DNA of 63,428 bases, filler included, from Octopus bimaculoides (lineage: Eukaryota), in the NCBI RefSeq assembly GCF_001194135.2. It is 4 parts of 4 records of this genome, joined end to end, with 100 filler letters (N's around TTAATTAATTAA, not from the genome) between each part and the next. Parts side by side here need not be neighbours in the genome. Positions count along the whole stretch, not along the records: positions 1 to 21,307 come from NC_068984.1; positions 21,408 to 46,372 come from NC_068985.1; 2 more parts are not named here. One strand, 5' to 3'. Numbering within the stretch: position 1 is the stretch's first letter; every line of letters starts with the position of its first letter. The notes under the pieces were generated by a model. It saw nothing but the letters and a program-made list of their open reading frames with translations, did not search any database and had not been told where the DNA came from. Below, piece by piece: positions 13,811 to 27,357 of this stretch. The position numbers and the translations under genes are program-made.

Positions 13811-14080
13811 TATATAAATATACACGAACACACACATATACGGACATGTGTGTGTGAGTGTGTGTGTGCGTGCGTGTGTGTATGTGTGATATAACTGTTG
13901 GTACTTGCACTTTAGCAGAGCTGAAGAATAAATGCATTTGGTTTATGAACACAATGTTTAGTTTAAGAATACTGTAATCTTATTTCAGACTGTACGTAAG
14001 ATATCTTTATTTTCTCTATCTACTTACCTGTCTGTCTGCATAGATTTAATTTTCAATTGATAGGGCTATTTTCTGTCTGC

Positions 14081-14116
<36 letters not shown>

Positions 14117-15885
14117 AAGTGTACACATGTATGTATATGTGTATTTATATTTATACCTATATATGTTTATATATCTTTTGAATGTGTTTACACGCATGCA
14201 AACGCGCACATACACACGAACACGCACACACACACACGCACACACATGCACACGCACACACACATGTACACATATACTCATATATACATGCATGTTTCAT
14301 TGCGTATATGTATGGATATGAAAACGCATACACGAACGTTCTAACTACCCTAGAGATATTTTTAATAACATAATGAAAATATCTTTCATAGATTTCTAAC
14401 CTTTCTGCCAATAAGTAAATTTTTATTGATTCATATGAGTAATATCATAAAGATCTATCTATAAACCGTGTAGTTTTAAATGAAAACATTTCTTATAATG
14501 GATATGTCAACATCCTCCTAAAGAATCAGAATAAGGAAAGATATATTATATTAACTGGTACAATCCTCTTTATATCCCAGCTTTAACAACCATAGTATAA
14601 TTTCTTTTTCAAATTAATTAAGGAAAATACCCTACTCTTAACTTTTGTATTATAACATCTTTAATTAAAACAAAATTGAAAATATCTTGCACGACCATCC
14701 TGCTCCACTGGCTTTATCTAAGCATTCAAAGCTGAATCAACATATCACCAATTAACCTAATAATAATTGTTCATGCATTAATATCAATACGTGTCTCTAA
14801 GCCTCTAATTGTAGAGCCAATGGAGCCTATGTTAATGTTTAGAAATGCTTTATACAAACTAATAATTTCTCTGGAGTATATTCCTCTTGAGTATACATTG
14901 ATCTTCCTACTAATTCTTTTAAATTTAGCTTCAATAATCATTAATCATGCTCATACATTTGAAAATTCTAACTGAAGTAATGAAACCATTGTTTCACTTG
15001 TGCAGAGATTGTAAAAGTAAAAATTTTTATCATTTCAAATTAAATAACTCCTTCAGAGCCGACTCATATATTGTAGGCAAGAGACATTGCAGCCTTAGCA
15101 CCTCTGAAAGTATAAAATATTCATTGCCAAAGAACGAGTAGAATTCTGTGTGAACATTGTCAACTTATTTCTTAACATTTATTTTTGGACTACTTACAAC
15201 AATGCCTAATTCCTTATAACCATATAGTATCTTGTTCTTGTTAATGGTTTGCAGTATTTTCCCTGGTTCAAATCTCATCAATGTTAACTTTGCCTTTCAT
15301 CTTAGAAACCATTATTTTAAGTAAATGTCTCCCTTACTATTTTCTCTCATTTATTAATTGGACAAGTTATGGCGTTTTTAATGTGTGACATTTTTACTAT
15401 TACCTCTCCTCATTCATATGACATTTAATTTTGGTAATATCATATATGACAATTAGTTTGTATGCATACAAACGCATTAATGTTCATCTTGATTCATCTA
15501 TGAACACTAAAACCTAAAACTTCTATGTCTTTAGGTATGTTAGCAAATGGTTCTTGAAAAATCTTTATTCTCACACCACTTGTTTAAATATTTATATCAT
15601 TTTGGTTCCTTTTAATTTCAAAAAATTTAGTGCCAAATTTCTCAACTTCTGCTACACTTATCTTTTATTTATTTGTTACTCCTATCATTCTTCAGCTTTA
15701 TGTTATTGCTTCTTTTGCCTATCACCACCAGCACCAACCGCCACACTCTTTTCGATTCATACACAAATTCATTTTTATTGTAATGCTGCAACATGTAAGC
15801 ATTTAGTGAGATAATATTTTAATTCAACTAATCATGCTTTCAATAATTTAATTTGTTTGTTGCTATCTGATCTTATGAACTAACA

Positions 15886-15916
<31 letters not shown>

Positions 15917-16734
15917 GTTAATGCACACTAACACACACATGCAAATACAAATGTTGGTATATTCAATTGTGATGATGAGAATTATAATATGGAAAAGAAA
16001 ATGAGAAAGGTGAAATTATTCGTTTGTGCTCTATGAAAAGTTCAGAAAATAGATGTGTCTTTGCTGTTTCGAGCATAAGCTCCTCTTCTGAGTTAGATAG
16101 TTAGAAGAACGATAAATCATGGAGGAAAGAAAAATATTAAACAGAATAACAGTGATATATTTGTTGTTCCATGTTACTGGAGAAAATGTACATGAGTAGA
16201 ACTTGTAAAGATGATTGTTGGTTAACCCCTGGTCACTTTGATCGAGGAAACCTATCATAAAAACATCACTACAGCCATAACGTTCTTGATGTGTTTGAGG
16301 AAGATTTGGTTGCTATTTCTAGTTATTTCATTGACTGCATAGATCAGTCATGTGCAAACTGGCCTGTGAGATGTTCTAATGGCAAGCTTAATGAAATTAC
16401 CTCAAATTTTTATTCGAGCATCCCACCTACTAAAAAGCCATGTCTTATGTGCTCCAGTTCTTAAAAACGATTGCCCATGCCTAGCATTGGTCAACTTCTT
16501 GACCGATGTTGCTGTTTTCTTTGTAGTCCCAAGTGACTCCTTATAGGGAAGAAAGAGATATGGTCAAATGCATTATAATCATGGTAGTTTAGTCGTTTTC
16601 TTTTTACCTTATACATTGTCTGGTAGATATGTTTTTTTTTCCCCCTTTTGAAAGAAGACTGGTTTGAAAGAAGATTTGATTGCTAATTTTAGTGAGTTAT
16701 TTGAACACAGCAAGACTGTCTCATTGAAACAAGA

Positions 16735-17487
16735 TGGTGATGAGGATGGCATTTGGTGTTGGCAGCATCCACAGCGATATTAGTGGTGGCAGCAGCTGTT
16801 GTAGTCACAATGGTGCTGAGGTAGAAGCAGTAGTGGTTGCAATGCTGGTGATTGTGGTAGTGGTGATGCAGGTAGAAGCTGCGGTTGTGGTGGTGCTGGT
16901 GGAGATGACAATGATGCTAAAATTGACGGTAGTAATAGTGGTGATGGTGGTGTTGGTGATAGTAATGTTAGTGGTGGTGACAGTGATGTTGGTGGTGGTA
17001 GCAGTGGTGTGATGGTGATGATGATAGCATTGGCAGTAGTTGGTGCAGCAGTGGTGCTGGCAGTGTTGGAGAAGGGGAGGGGCATAGAAGCAATGATGGT
17101 TACAATGCTGGCGGTTGTAGTGCTGGTGGTAGTGGTGGTGGAGTAGAGGCTGCAGTGCTAGTGGTGGTGATGATAATGCTGAAGCTGGTGCTAGTGGTAG
17201 TGGTTATGCTGGTGTTGGTGAAAATGGTTGTGATGGTGATAGTGGTGGTGATGACAGCGGTGGTGGCGACAGCAGCACTGGTAGTAGTGGTGGTGACGGT
17301 GGAGATGGTGGTGATGGTGGTGGTGATGGCGGTGGTGGTGGTGACAGCAGCACTGGTACTAGTGGTAGTGATGGTGATGTTGGTGGTGGTGGTGGTGGTA
17401 GTGGTGGTAGTGGCGACAGCAGCACTGGTAGCATCAGTGGTGGTGGTGGTGGTTGCTGTGGTAGTGATGGTGATGTTGGTGGTGGTG
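16735..17487. repeat. Degenerate (GGT/GAT/AGT)n trinucleotide repeat with a recurring GACAGCAGCACTGGTA unit
   Basis: Low-complexity tract with frequent register shifts, ending at an N gap. Confidence 0.9.
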
Positions 17488-18113
17488 NNNNNNNNNNNNN
17501 NNNNNNNNNNNNNNNNNNNNNNNNNNNNNNNNNNNNNNNNNNNNNNNNNNNNNNNNNNNNNNNNNNNNNNNNNNNNNNNNNNNNNNNNNNNNNNNNNNNN
17601 NNNNNNNNNNNNNNNNNNNNNNNNNNNNNNNNNNNNNNNNNNNNNNNNNNNNNNNNNNNNNNNNNNNNNNNNNNNNNNNNNNNNNNNNNNNNNNNNNNNN
17701 NNNNNNNNNNNNNNNNNNNNNNNNNNNNNNNNNNNNNNNNNNNNNNNNNNNNNNNNNNNNNNNNNNNNNNNNNNNNNNNNNNNNNNNNNNNNNNNNNNNN
17801 NNNNNNNNNNNNNNNNNNNNNNNNNNNNNNNNNNNNNNNNNNNNNNNNNNNNNNNNNNNNNNNNNNNNNNNNNNNNNNNNNNNNNNNNNNNNNNNNNNNN
17901 NNNNNNNNNNNNNNNNNNNNNNNNNNNNNNNNNNNNNNNNNNNNNNNNNNNNNNNNNNNNNNNNNNNNNNNNNNNNNNNNNNNNNNNNNNNNNNNNNNNN
18001 NNNNNNNNNNNNNNNNNNNNNNNNNNNNNNNNNNNNNNNNNNNNNNNNNNNNNNNNNNNNNNNNNNNNNNNNNNTATATATATATATATATATATATGCA
18101 TATATATACATGC

Positions 18114-18144
<31 letters not shown>

Positions 18145-18829
18145 GTGTGTGTGTGTATATATATAGAGAAAGATAGATAGATATAGATACATAGATATTT
18201 ATAATTATGACCATGGATATGCTGTTATGTCCTTTAAGTGGGTTTGCATATGTGTATTCAAATATTACATACATGCCTCTCTGTGTGTATGTATTTACAC
18301 TCGCACACACAACACTCACACACAACATACACACACACATGTATACATTCTACCAAAGCTGACATCACTCAGTATATCTTGGTAACTTATTCCATGTTTT
18401 TGCTAATTTTTGGGTTCCTCTGATGTTGTTGCGAACAAGCATAGACATCCTATCATGCCTGTTACCTTTGACTCAGAGGAACCTCCAGGATGATGTTGGA
18501 AAGAAATGCTCCACTACTTTACTGGTATACATTATTACAGCGGAGTAAGGCAGTGTACTGGCAGAATTGTTAGCACGTCGGGCGAAGTGCTTAGCAATAT
18601 TTCACCCGTCGCAAAACATTCTGAGTTCAAATTCCACTAAGGTCAACTTTAATTTTCATGCTTTCAGGGTTGATAAATTAAGTACCAGGCCTTGTGCCTA
18701 TAATAGAAAGGATTATTACAGCTGAATAGACTGGGGCAATATGCAATGAACAGTAGTGCTTATGGACAGAATGTGTCACCTAAACCAGGACTTGAACCCA
18801 TATTTTATTTTTTACTTGTTTCAGTTATT

Positions 18830-19004
18830 TGATGGTGGTCATGCTGGAGCACCACCTTAAACGGTTTTTTAATTAAAGAAAATGACCCCAGAATTTGCTT
18901 TTTGTATTCCTAGTACTTATTCGATCAGTACTTTTGCTGAACCACTAAGTTATGGGAATGTAAACACACCAACATCAGTTGTCAAGTGGTGGTGGCGGAA
19001 ACAA

Positions 19005-19045
<41 letters not shown>

Positions 19046-19210
19046 CTACTGGTTTCTTCCAGTTTCCGTCTAACAAATCCACTCAAGGGATTTTGGTCAG
19101 CCTGAGGCTACAGTAGAAGACACTTGCCCAAACTACTGCACAGTGGGACTGAACCCAGGGCCATGTGGATGGGAAGTAAGCTTCTTACCACACAGCCATA
19201 CCTGTGCCTA
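18830..19210 (-). mobile_element. tRNA-derived SINE (family 2)
   Basis: Minus strand: GGCTGTGTGGTAAGAAGCTTAC...GGTTCAGTCCCACTG...TTGGGCAAGTGTCTTCTACT...AAGGTGGTGCTCCAGCATG. Other copies at ~28790-29150, ~37490-37690, ~49640-50030, ~50455-50940, ~59318-59510 and ~63200-63428. Confidence 0.88.
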
Positions 19211-21129
19211 TGATTGTGAGATCAACAAATTTACCTTTTAGTGGGTATTACCTCCCCTGCCTGTCACTTTTTAGACTTTAGACAGCCATAGAGGGCGTTT
19301 ATGCCTCCTAATTCCTTAGTTGATATCAGTTAATCCAACATTTTCAGCTCTCTTTTGCATATGTGTGACTATACTGTATGTATATCTATGCCTATGTGTG
19401 TTTACATACATATATTCATATATGTACATATAGATGTGGTGTGTGTGTTGTGTGTGTGTGTAAGTATGATTATTTTATGTTTTGTTTATATGTATATATG
19501 CATGTTTGTATATACAATTTAAGCACTTCGATATATCAGACTGCAGTCAGCCTGTTTTATCTACATAATTTCTTTTGATATTCTTTTTTTTTTATTTCCT
19601 TCTTTATTGTTTGCTTTTTATTCTTTATTTGATCTTGCTGTGCAGTGTGTATGTGTGGTAGACAGAGGTAGCGGAAATCAATGATTCAAAAGTAGGTGAG
19701 AGTGCATTATTTTATTTTTAATTGTTAGTTTTTTTTTGTTAGTTTGTTTTTCTGTTACCAGATATGTTATGTCAAACTGAGTAAAATGAAAAGGAAAGAG
19801 AAATCACAGTGAAACTTGATAGTCTTTTTTAAAATGATTAACTTATATATATATTAAACCATTATTTTAAACTACAAAAATTAAATATAGGACATCTAAA
19901 TAACTGATTTAACAAACTAGTTAACAAAGTAGTGTCTATCTGTTTGGAATTAATAAATTCGGTCATCATTTTCAATCAGATATTTTGAGCTTGTCCTTTC
20001 ATTAGAGATGATATCAAAATAATTTTGCTCCTTCTCCCACATGAAGAGTTACTCACCCAACCTCTCCACTGAGACATCAAATCTCTCTCCTTGTCAATGT
20101 ACAAATACTTACCCAGTACTTCTGAATGCACTTAATCTAATTCAACAAGAAAAGGAATTGGCATAGTTGTTAGCCCATTGGGTCGAATTTTATGAGTTAT
20201 TTGTTTCACTTTAGTGTTTAGATACCAGTGAGGTTAATTGTTTTTTGGGTGAAATTGTTATAATTGAAGAAAATATCTTGCAGTATTAGCTCAAACCTTA
20301 CTGAGATTTAATTTGATTTCATTGTTTTTCAGGGTCCAATAGACATACATATAAGTGAAAGTACAAGAGCACAAGTTCAACCAACCATCTCTTACGTCAG
20401 TTGTGAAGATTTTAAGCTTTCTCTAGTTTGAAAAGATATCTATAACTTCTCAAGATTACATGGGTATGCAAAACAAAAATGGGGACATAGTGCATACTGC
20501 TACCAAGCCATGCAAGTTATCTCAAAGTTTCTTCAGAATCTGGATCATGACAATTAATAATAAACAATCTGTACTTTGTGATTGTAATTTGGTGAGCAGA
20601 ATCTGTGTGAAGTCTGTCAAATGGCTTGTAGTGGTAATTCAAAGGTAAATGTAACAACTAAGTTCGGCCTTGTCACATATTGTGTCATGCTGATTCAGTT
20701 TACAAATGAATTTATAGGTGTATATCTCAGAAATACTCAGTTACTTGCTGAGACCCCCTTCGGGCATGACAAGTGAACAAGCTGATGAAATAAAGGAGCA
20801 AGTAGAAAAGCCAACATACATTGCAGAGGAGTGATGCAAATGAATTTGCAGCTATACTGATATCACATGATTTTGATCTCTGAGATATCACTCTTAGTTC
20901 TCTTCAATGTGTCTTGTTGCCTGGGGCTAAACTGATACACACTTCGTCATTCTTGTTAAATTTTTAGCAATATTGTGGCATATTTTAGTATTTTTTTACT
21001 CTTATTTCTAGCAATGCTTGTACTATCCTGCACCCATCGTTATAAATTTATTAATTTACCTTTTGGTTTTATGATTACTGGCTACTTATATTATTATTAT
21101 TTATCAATAATAATGTCTCTATTTATGCA

Positions 21130-21163
<34 letters not shown>

Positions 21164-21351
21164 TTAGGCATAATGATACTAATGACCTGGTGTTAGAATT
21201 CAATATACATATGCTACAGAACAAAGCATTAGTCAAGTACAAAGTAGTAATAAGAAATTGAAATGTCAAGGGAATAATTTTTGTTATTTTAAGCATATAT
21301 ATGTGTGNNNNNNNNNNNNNNNNNNNNNNNNNNNNNNNNNNNNNNNNNNNN

Positions 21352-21363
21352 TTAATTAATTAA
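21352..21363. other. Artificial TTAATTAATTAA spacer inside an N gap (also 46417-46428 and 59263-59274)
   Basis: The identical 12-mer, which has stops in all six frames, sits between N runs three times: an assembly/scaffolding linker. Confidence 0.9.
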
Positions 21364-22211
21364 NNNNNNNNNNNNNNNNNNNNNNNNNNNNNNNNNNNNN
21401 NNNNNNNTAATGACAGAAAAAGGGTAAAAGATAAAAGATAAAGGAATGATTCAGTGAAGCTCCTGCTGGGAATATTGCAGAATTTTGTATAATAGTTTCT
21501 ATTAAAGCATTACTAGATGCAAAGAGAAATATATTTGGAAAGAAGCCAGCGTTAGCGTTTCTAAGAACAACATTGCTTTATAAAAATGTTTTTAAAGGTA
21601 AACTAAGCAGAATTTATCAAATATAAATGTATCCTGTTTATACAGGATATTCATTCTCTCTTTTCTCACTCTCTTCCTCACTCTCACTATCTTTTTGTCT
21701 TTCGCTCTCTCTTTCTCATTTTTTCAGTCTTTCTTTCTCACTTTTCCTGTTTCTTTATTTCACTTTTTATTCACCTTCTCTCTTTGCCTCTCTTTTCTTT
21801 CTCTGTCTTTTTTTATTTTCTATATTTCATTCTTTCCTTCTTTCTCTCTTGTACTCTCTTACTCTCTTACCCTCTTACTCTCTTTCTCTTTTACTCTCTC
21901 TTCAAAATATCTCTTGTTAGAACTGTCATCTGTAACTTGATAAAAGATTGTAATTTTCCGGCTGTAAGAGACTGCAAATGTTGAATGCTTTACTTCATAG
22001 CGACAATGCGATCTAGTTTAGAAAATTATTTGTATATTTATTTATCTATTTATTTTGTAAATCAAACAATACATATCAAAGATGGTGGGTTGGGGTATGT
22101 ACATTGGCAGAATCGGTAGAATCAGAACTAAATGTCTTGCGGTACTTTGCTCTGGCCCTTTACCTCCTGAGCTAAAATCCCACCGAGGTGAGCATTATGT
22201 TTCAGCTTCAA

Positions 22212-22645
22212 GGCGGTGAGCTGGCAGAAACCTTAGCACACCGGGCGAAATGCTTAGCGGTATTTCGTCTGCTGTTACGTTCTGAGTTCAAATTCCGCCG
22301 AGGTCGACTTTACCTTTCATCTTTTCGGAGTCGATAAATTAAGCACCAGTTACGTACTGGGGTCGATGTAATCGACTTAATCCCTTTGTCTGTCCTTGTT
22401 TGTCCCCTCTATGTTCAGCCCCTTGTGGGCAATAAAGAAATAAGAAACGTTAGCACGCCGGCCGAAATGCTTAGCAGTATTTCGTCTGTCTTTACGTTCT
22501 GAGTTCAAATTTCGCTGAGGTCGATTTTGTCTTTCATCCTTTCTGGGTCGATAAATTAAGTACCAGTTGCGTACTGGGGTCGATCTAATCGAATGGCTCC
22601 TTCCTCCAAAATTTCGGGCCTTGTGCATAGAGTAGAAAAGATTAT
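22212..22645 (+). mobile_element. Dimeric SINE family 1 (long-tail monomer fused to a 5'-truncated short-tail monomer)
   Basis: Junction ...CTTGTGGGCAATAAAGAAATAAGAAA|CGTTAGCACGCCGG. The same junction occurs at ~49300-49330 on the minus strand. Confidence 0.85.
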
Positions 22646-23329
22646 TTTCAGCTTCGCTGAGTTGATGAACCAAATTTCCAGTCAAGTATCAAGTTCAATT
22701 TGAACCACTGATTCTGGTATCTTTCAAGCTCCTTCAAGCGAAAGAATATGGTTGAGAACACATAATATTTCTGCAAAAAGTAGGTGATATAATTATACTG
22801 CCATATGAATCCTTCTTCATCAGCCTGGAGCTAACCAACAGGAAATTAACGTGCAAGTGCTGAGCATTCCACAAACACGCGTGCTCTTCACATAGTTCTC
22901 AAGAAGATTCAGTGTGACACAGAATGTCACAAGGCCGGCTCTTTGAAATACAGCTACTACTCATTTTTGCCAGCTAACTGAAGGCCAGGAACGAGAAATA
23001 AAATGAATTGCTTAAGGAAACAACGCGCCGCTGGGAATCGAACTCACGACCTTACGATCGTGAGCCGAACACCCTAATCACTAAGCCACATGCTTTTTCT
23101 CTTAAACAACAGCAATAGCAATAATAACTGCAACAGTAGGTCTCACAATACTTCGTGTTATGAACAGGCTGTCTCATGTTTAGAAAAGTAAAAACTGTGA
23201 CTTAACGGTGAAGCTTCTTTCCCATTAAGCTCTTTAGCTCTTAAAAGTAGCAACAATAACAACTATGACAGTAGCATGAACAATAAAGACAACAATATCC
23301 AAGCAATACTCATGAAATTTTTTTTCTAA

Positions 23330-23680
23330 TTTTCTCACAAGGCCAGTAATTTTGAGGAGAGGGACAAGTTGATTACATTGACCCTTGACAAGTTCTTTAT
23401 TTTATCGCTCTTCGAAAGAATGAAAGACAAATCTACCTCCGCGTAATTTAAATTCAGAACGTAAAGAAATGCCGTTAGGTATTTTGTTCAACCCTTCTTA
23501 TTTCTTTTTGCTCACAAGGGGCTAAACATAGAGGGGACAAACAAGGACAGACAAAGGGATTACGTCGATTACATCGACCCCAGTGCGTAACTGGTACTTA
23601 ATTTATCGACCCCGAAAGGATGAAAGGCAAAGTCAACCTCGGCGCAATTTGAACTCAGAACGTAGCGGCAGACGAACGAA
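23330..23680 (-). mobile_element. Two SINE family 1 copies (long-tail copy next to an older copy)
   Basis: Long-tail motif GGGGACAAACAAGGACAGACAAA plus core motifs. Confidence 0.8.
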
Positions 23681-24115
23681 ATCCCTATCACCATCATCTC
23701 ATTCCCATTGCCATCCCCACCACCATTATCACCATGATCATCCCCGGCACTACCTTCGCTATCATCCTTATTTCCAACAACAACAACAGGAGCAGCAGAA
23801 TAAACACCAATACAATTGTCACCATCTTCAACTCCATCACCATCATCGTCAACCCACCACCACCTGCACTGTTATCATCACCACCGTCACCATCACCACC
23901 GTCACCATCACCACCCTAACCATCACCACCTTCACTATCACCCCGTCACCATCGTCGCCTCTATCACCACCACCCACACACTGCCAACAGCAGCAGCAGC
24001 AGCAGCAGCAGCATCGACCATATTGAAACCTTCAAGCAAAAAAGCTTTTTAAAATCTTTTGTCAGCAGAGTGTATGTAGAAGATTTACAGGGTTGTAAAT
24101 CTAGAAAGAGCAATA

Positions 24116-24195
<80 letters not shown>

Positions 24196-25249
24196 ATGAA
24201 AGAAAGAAAGAAAGAAAGAAAGAATGAAAGAAAGGAAGAAAGTGAAAGAAAAAATGACCATCAAATAAGGCTAATGCAAACAAAGAACGAAGACATGAAA
24301 TGTTATAAATTTAACAGTCGTAAGACTCCAAGGAATTCAGGTGATCTCTCTTAACATCTTTGTTTGCTAATGTCTTGCTAGAGATGATACGCTAAAGTCA
24401 AATCGTAACATCAAACGATTCTACTTAAATTCGCATGAAAATAGCGTTAGAAATAGTTTTTTAAAAAATAGAGAAAAAGTAAATGGAGAAACAGTAAAAA
24501 CTACACCATCAGCAACAGCAAGGATAATAATTTCTTCCACTATAGGCACAAGGCATGAAATCTGGATGTAGAGTAAGCTGGCACTCCGTCGGTTACAACA
24601 ACGAGTGTTCTAGTTGACCCGATGAACAGAACAGCCTGCTCGTGAAATTAATTGCAAGTAGCTGAGCACTCCACAAACACTCGTATCCTTAATGGAGTTC
24701 TCAGCGAGATTTAGCGTGACATAGAATGTGATAAAGTTGGCACAATACAAGGAATAATAGGCTTAGATTTTGGCACAAGACCAGCAATTGTAGATGGATA
24801 GCCGTTAGTGGATGCCATAGAGTCCAGTATTTGTTTTGTACTTTAGTTCATCCCGGAGTAATGAAAGGCAAAGCTGACTTTAGCAGGATTTGAAATGAAG
24901 ATGTAAGAAACCGGAAAGAATTCTTCCAAGCATTTTTCCGATGCTCTAACAATCCGGCCAGCTCGGTGCTTTAAAGATTTCTAATTTAGGCCTAAAGTTA
25001 GCGGTTTTGATGTGACGAGATTACTCGATATCATCGGCACCATTAATTGATACTGTCGAACGTACTGTCGGAACCAATGTTCTAACAATTATGCCAATTT
25101 ACCATCCTAACAACAAATAACCTCGGTAGAATTCTGCGATGGATAAAGTATTGATGATGCAATTAATATTGTATACTGCTTCAACAAAGAGTAGATACTG
25201 CAAGTTATTATCATATGATCGCTGAAAGAGAATGAATGATACAATTACC

Positions 25250-26040
25250 TCGGGATGATGAAAGATGATAAGGAAATTGAATGGTCAATAAGAAAGCTTT
25301 CAAAGAGTATACGAGAGGAGTTTAGAAGGTACTTGAAACAAAACTATATGGAGGTAGTCAATAGACTTGCCTTGGCAGTACTCCTTCGTCTTAGAATGAA
25401 CAAAGACAGGGTTGCAGGAACTGGATAGAAGAACTAGAAATCTGCTGTCATTGTGCAATGCATATTATCCCAAAAGTAGTACAACCAGGATCTACATAAC
25501 GAGAAAGGAAAAATGCAGAAGTTTGTCATACGTAGATGATACCATCAACGTTGCGATGTTCTTTTCTACTCTAGGCAAAAGGCCCGAAATTTGGGCGAGG
25601 GCAGTCGATTAGATCGACCCCAGTACGCAACTGGTGCTTAATTTATCGACCCTGAAATGATGAAAGGCAAAGTCGACCTCGGCGGAATTTGAACTCAGAA
25701 CGTAAAGACAGACGAAATACTGCTAAGCATTTCGGCCGGCGTGCTAACGTTTCTGTCAGCTTGCCGCCTTCATCAATATTGCGATATTGGGAAAAGAAAG
25801 AATATATTCAGCGGTCAGAAATATACAAAACCGTCAGTGTCACGTGAACAGTAGAGTTCACAGACAAAAGGATGAATAAGACAAATAGCTGGAAGAAGAA
25901 AGAATCCCATTATCTATTCATGCAAGTGGAGAATTTGAAAGTAAAGATCACTAATGAGAGGCTGACGGATGGAAACATAAATAGTAGAACTAAATTGTTA
26001 ACTATAGTACTCATGAACTGACTGACACAGCTCGGTCCGA
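25250..26040 (+). mobile_element. R4/Dong-clade LINE fragment (post-RT region), interrupted by a SINE at ~25557-25772 (-)
   Basis: LQELDRRTRNLLSLCNAYYPKSSTTRIYITRKEKCRSL matches the R4/Dong motif ELDRKTRKLLT....HHPKSD..RLY.PR..GGRGL. After the SINE it resumes as WKKKESHYLFM...LTDGNINSRTKLL (W.EK.LHGQF...WL..G.LK.ETE). Confidence 0.8.
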
Positions 26041-26078
26041 TGGTATATACAACATGTGTAGGAAAATGAGCGAAAGTA

Positions 26079-27357
26079 TGAGAGGAAGCCAAAAACTATC
26101 CACACTTTCGGGAAAACCTTAGTTGCGCCACAGGGCCTTCACTGCTTTCATGCTCAAGGGAGGTACTTTTGTGATTATGCAACAAAGTTTGACTTTTATC
26201 GCTCTAGTTTGTTTTGTTTTTTTCTTTTTAGTGTGTTACAGAGAAAAAACGGACGTTCTGCTGGCACCACAGAAGAACAAAGTTCAGTAATCCAATTTCT
26301 ATGGTCTGAACAAGTGTCGGGGCAGAAATTCATCGCAGGTTTTCAATTCAATACGGCGCCAGTGCTTTACTGTGTGGAAGTAGTACGAGCGGAATGAGGA
26401 CTTAACAATGTTCAGACAACCATAAAGCATGAAGAAGAAACAGGACACCCATCAACCTCCACCACTGACATGAAGATTCAACAAGCTCGAGAGATGGTTC
26501 TGACGAACACAAGTGACATCGATGAGGTGAAATGGTTCTGAAAATCAGTCATAATTCTGCATACAAAATCATCAACGATGAGTTTTGCTTCCGTAGAGTC
26601 AGTGCGAGATGGGTGCCAAGAATGTTTACCGAAGCACATAAGCGCGATTATGTGGATAGCTGTCAACACTCAGTCACCACGAAGATTATTTGGAGAAAAC
26701 TGTCATAGGAGATCAGACCTGGGTCCATTACTTTAACCCAGAATCCAAAAGCAGATTATGGATTGGAAACATCCTGAAACGCCAGCCAAAAAGAAATTCA
26801 TGGTTCAACCTTCCGCAGATAAAGTGATGCTAACCGTTTTGAGGGATACAAAAGGGTCTGTACTGGAACGTTACCTGGGAAAATGATCTAGTGTCATTGC
26901 AGGCTACAGTGAAATGCTGGTCAACAAACTGAAACTAGCAATTCTCTCTGAGCGCTGAGGACTATTGTCAAAGCAAGTGTTATTGCTGCATGGCAATACA
27001 GACCCACATACGGCCATCCACATCGCTGGAGTCGCTGAACAATTGGGATTGAAGTTGCTGGAACATTTGCATAGTGTAGATCTCGTCCCTTCTAGTATCA
27101 CCTATTTGGACGGTTCAAACATTTAAGAGGTTGGTGATTTTCTACAGACAAAGAAGTGCAGGAAGCGGTGCATAAATGACTGCGCAACAAGCCAAAAACC
27201 TTTTTCTCAGATGGAATAAGCATGCTTTTGAGGTGCTTGAATAAGTGCATCGAAAAGTAAAAAGAATATGTCAATAAATGATGTAATTGTTCAGTCTTTG
27301 ATTTTGTTTTAATTATTTATTGAAACAAAACTGCGTATAATTTTTGACTTAGTATCA
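26079..27357 (+). mobile_element. Near full-length decayed mariner (DD34D-type) transposon
   Basis: About 1.28 kb with degraded TIRs (TATGAGAGGAAGCCAAAAACTATCC vs TATGATACTAAGTCAAAAATTATAC). Motifs EQSSVIQFLWSE, ARWVP, GDQTWVH, PESK.Q.M.WKHP, KVMLTVL, LLLHGNT.PH and YS.DL.PS; many stops and frameshifts. Confidence 0.92.

Noticed and set aside
12295-14411. Many YI/CV/HT/poly-I/poly-Y ORFs
   Set aside because: Translations of (TA)n, (CA)n, (TATG)n and (TTA)n microsatellites.
15180-15310. Minus-strand exon-like EPGKILQTINKNKILYGYKELGIV|GTAAGT
   Set aside because: Its 5' part is a decayed SINE family-1 remnant.
16735-17487. Gly-, Val- or Pro/Thr-rich 'structural protein' frames
   Set aside because: The register shifts repeatedly, there are no splice or start signals, and similar degenerate GGT tracts occur elsewhere (23690-24010, 34330-34570, 55894-56700).
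21352-21363. TTAATTAATTAA islands in gaps as a biological motif (PacI-like palindrome)
   Set aside because: Identical, centred in N runs three times, with stops in six frames: a scaffolding linker.
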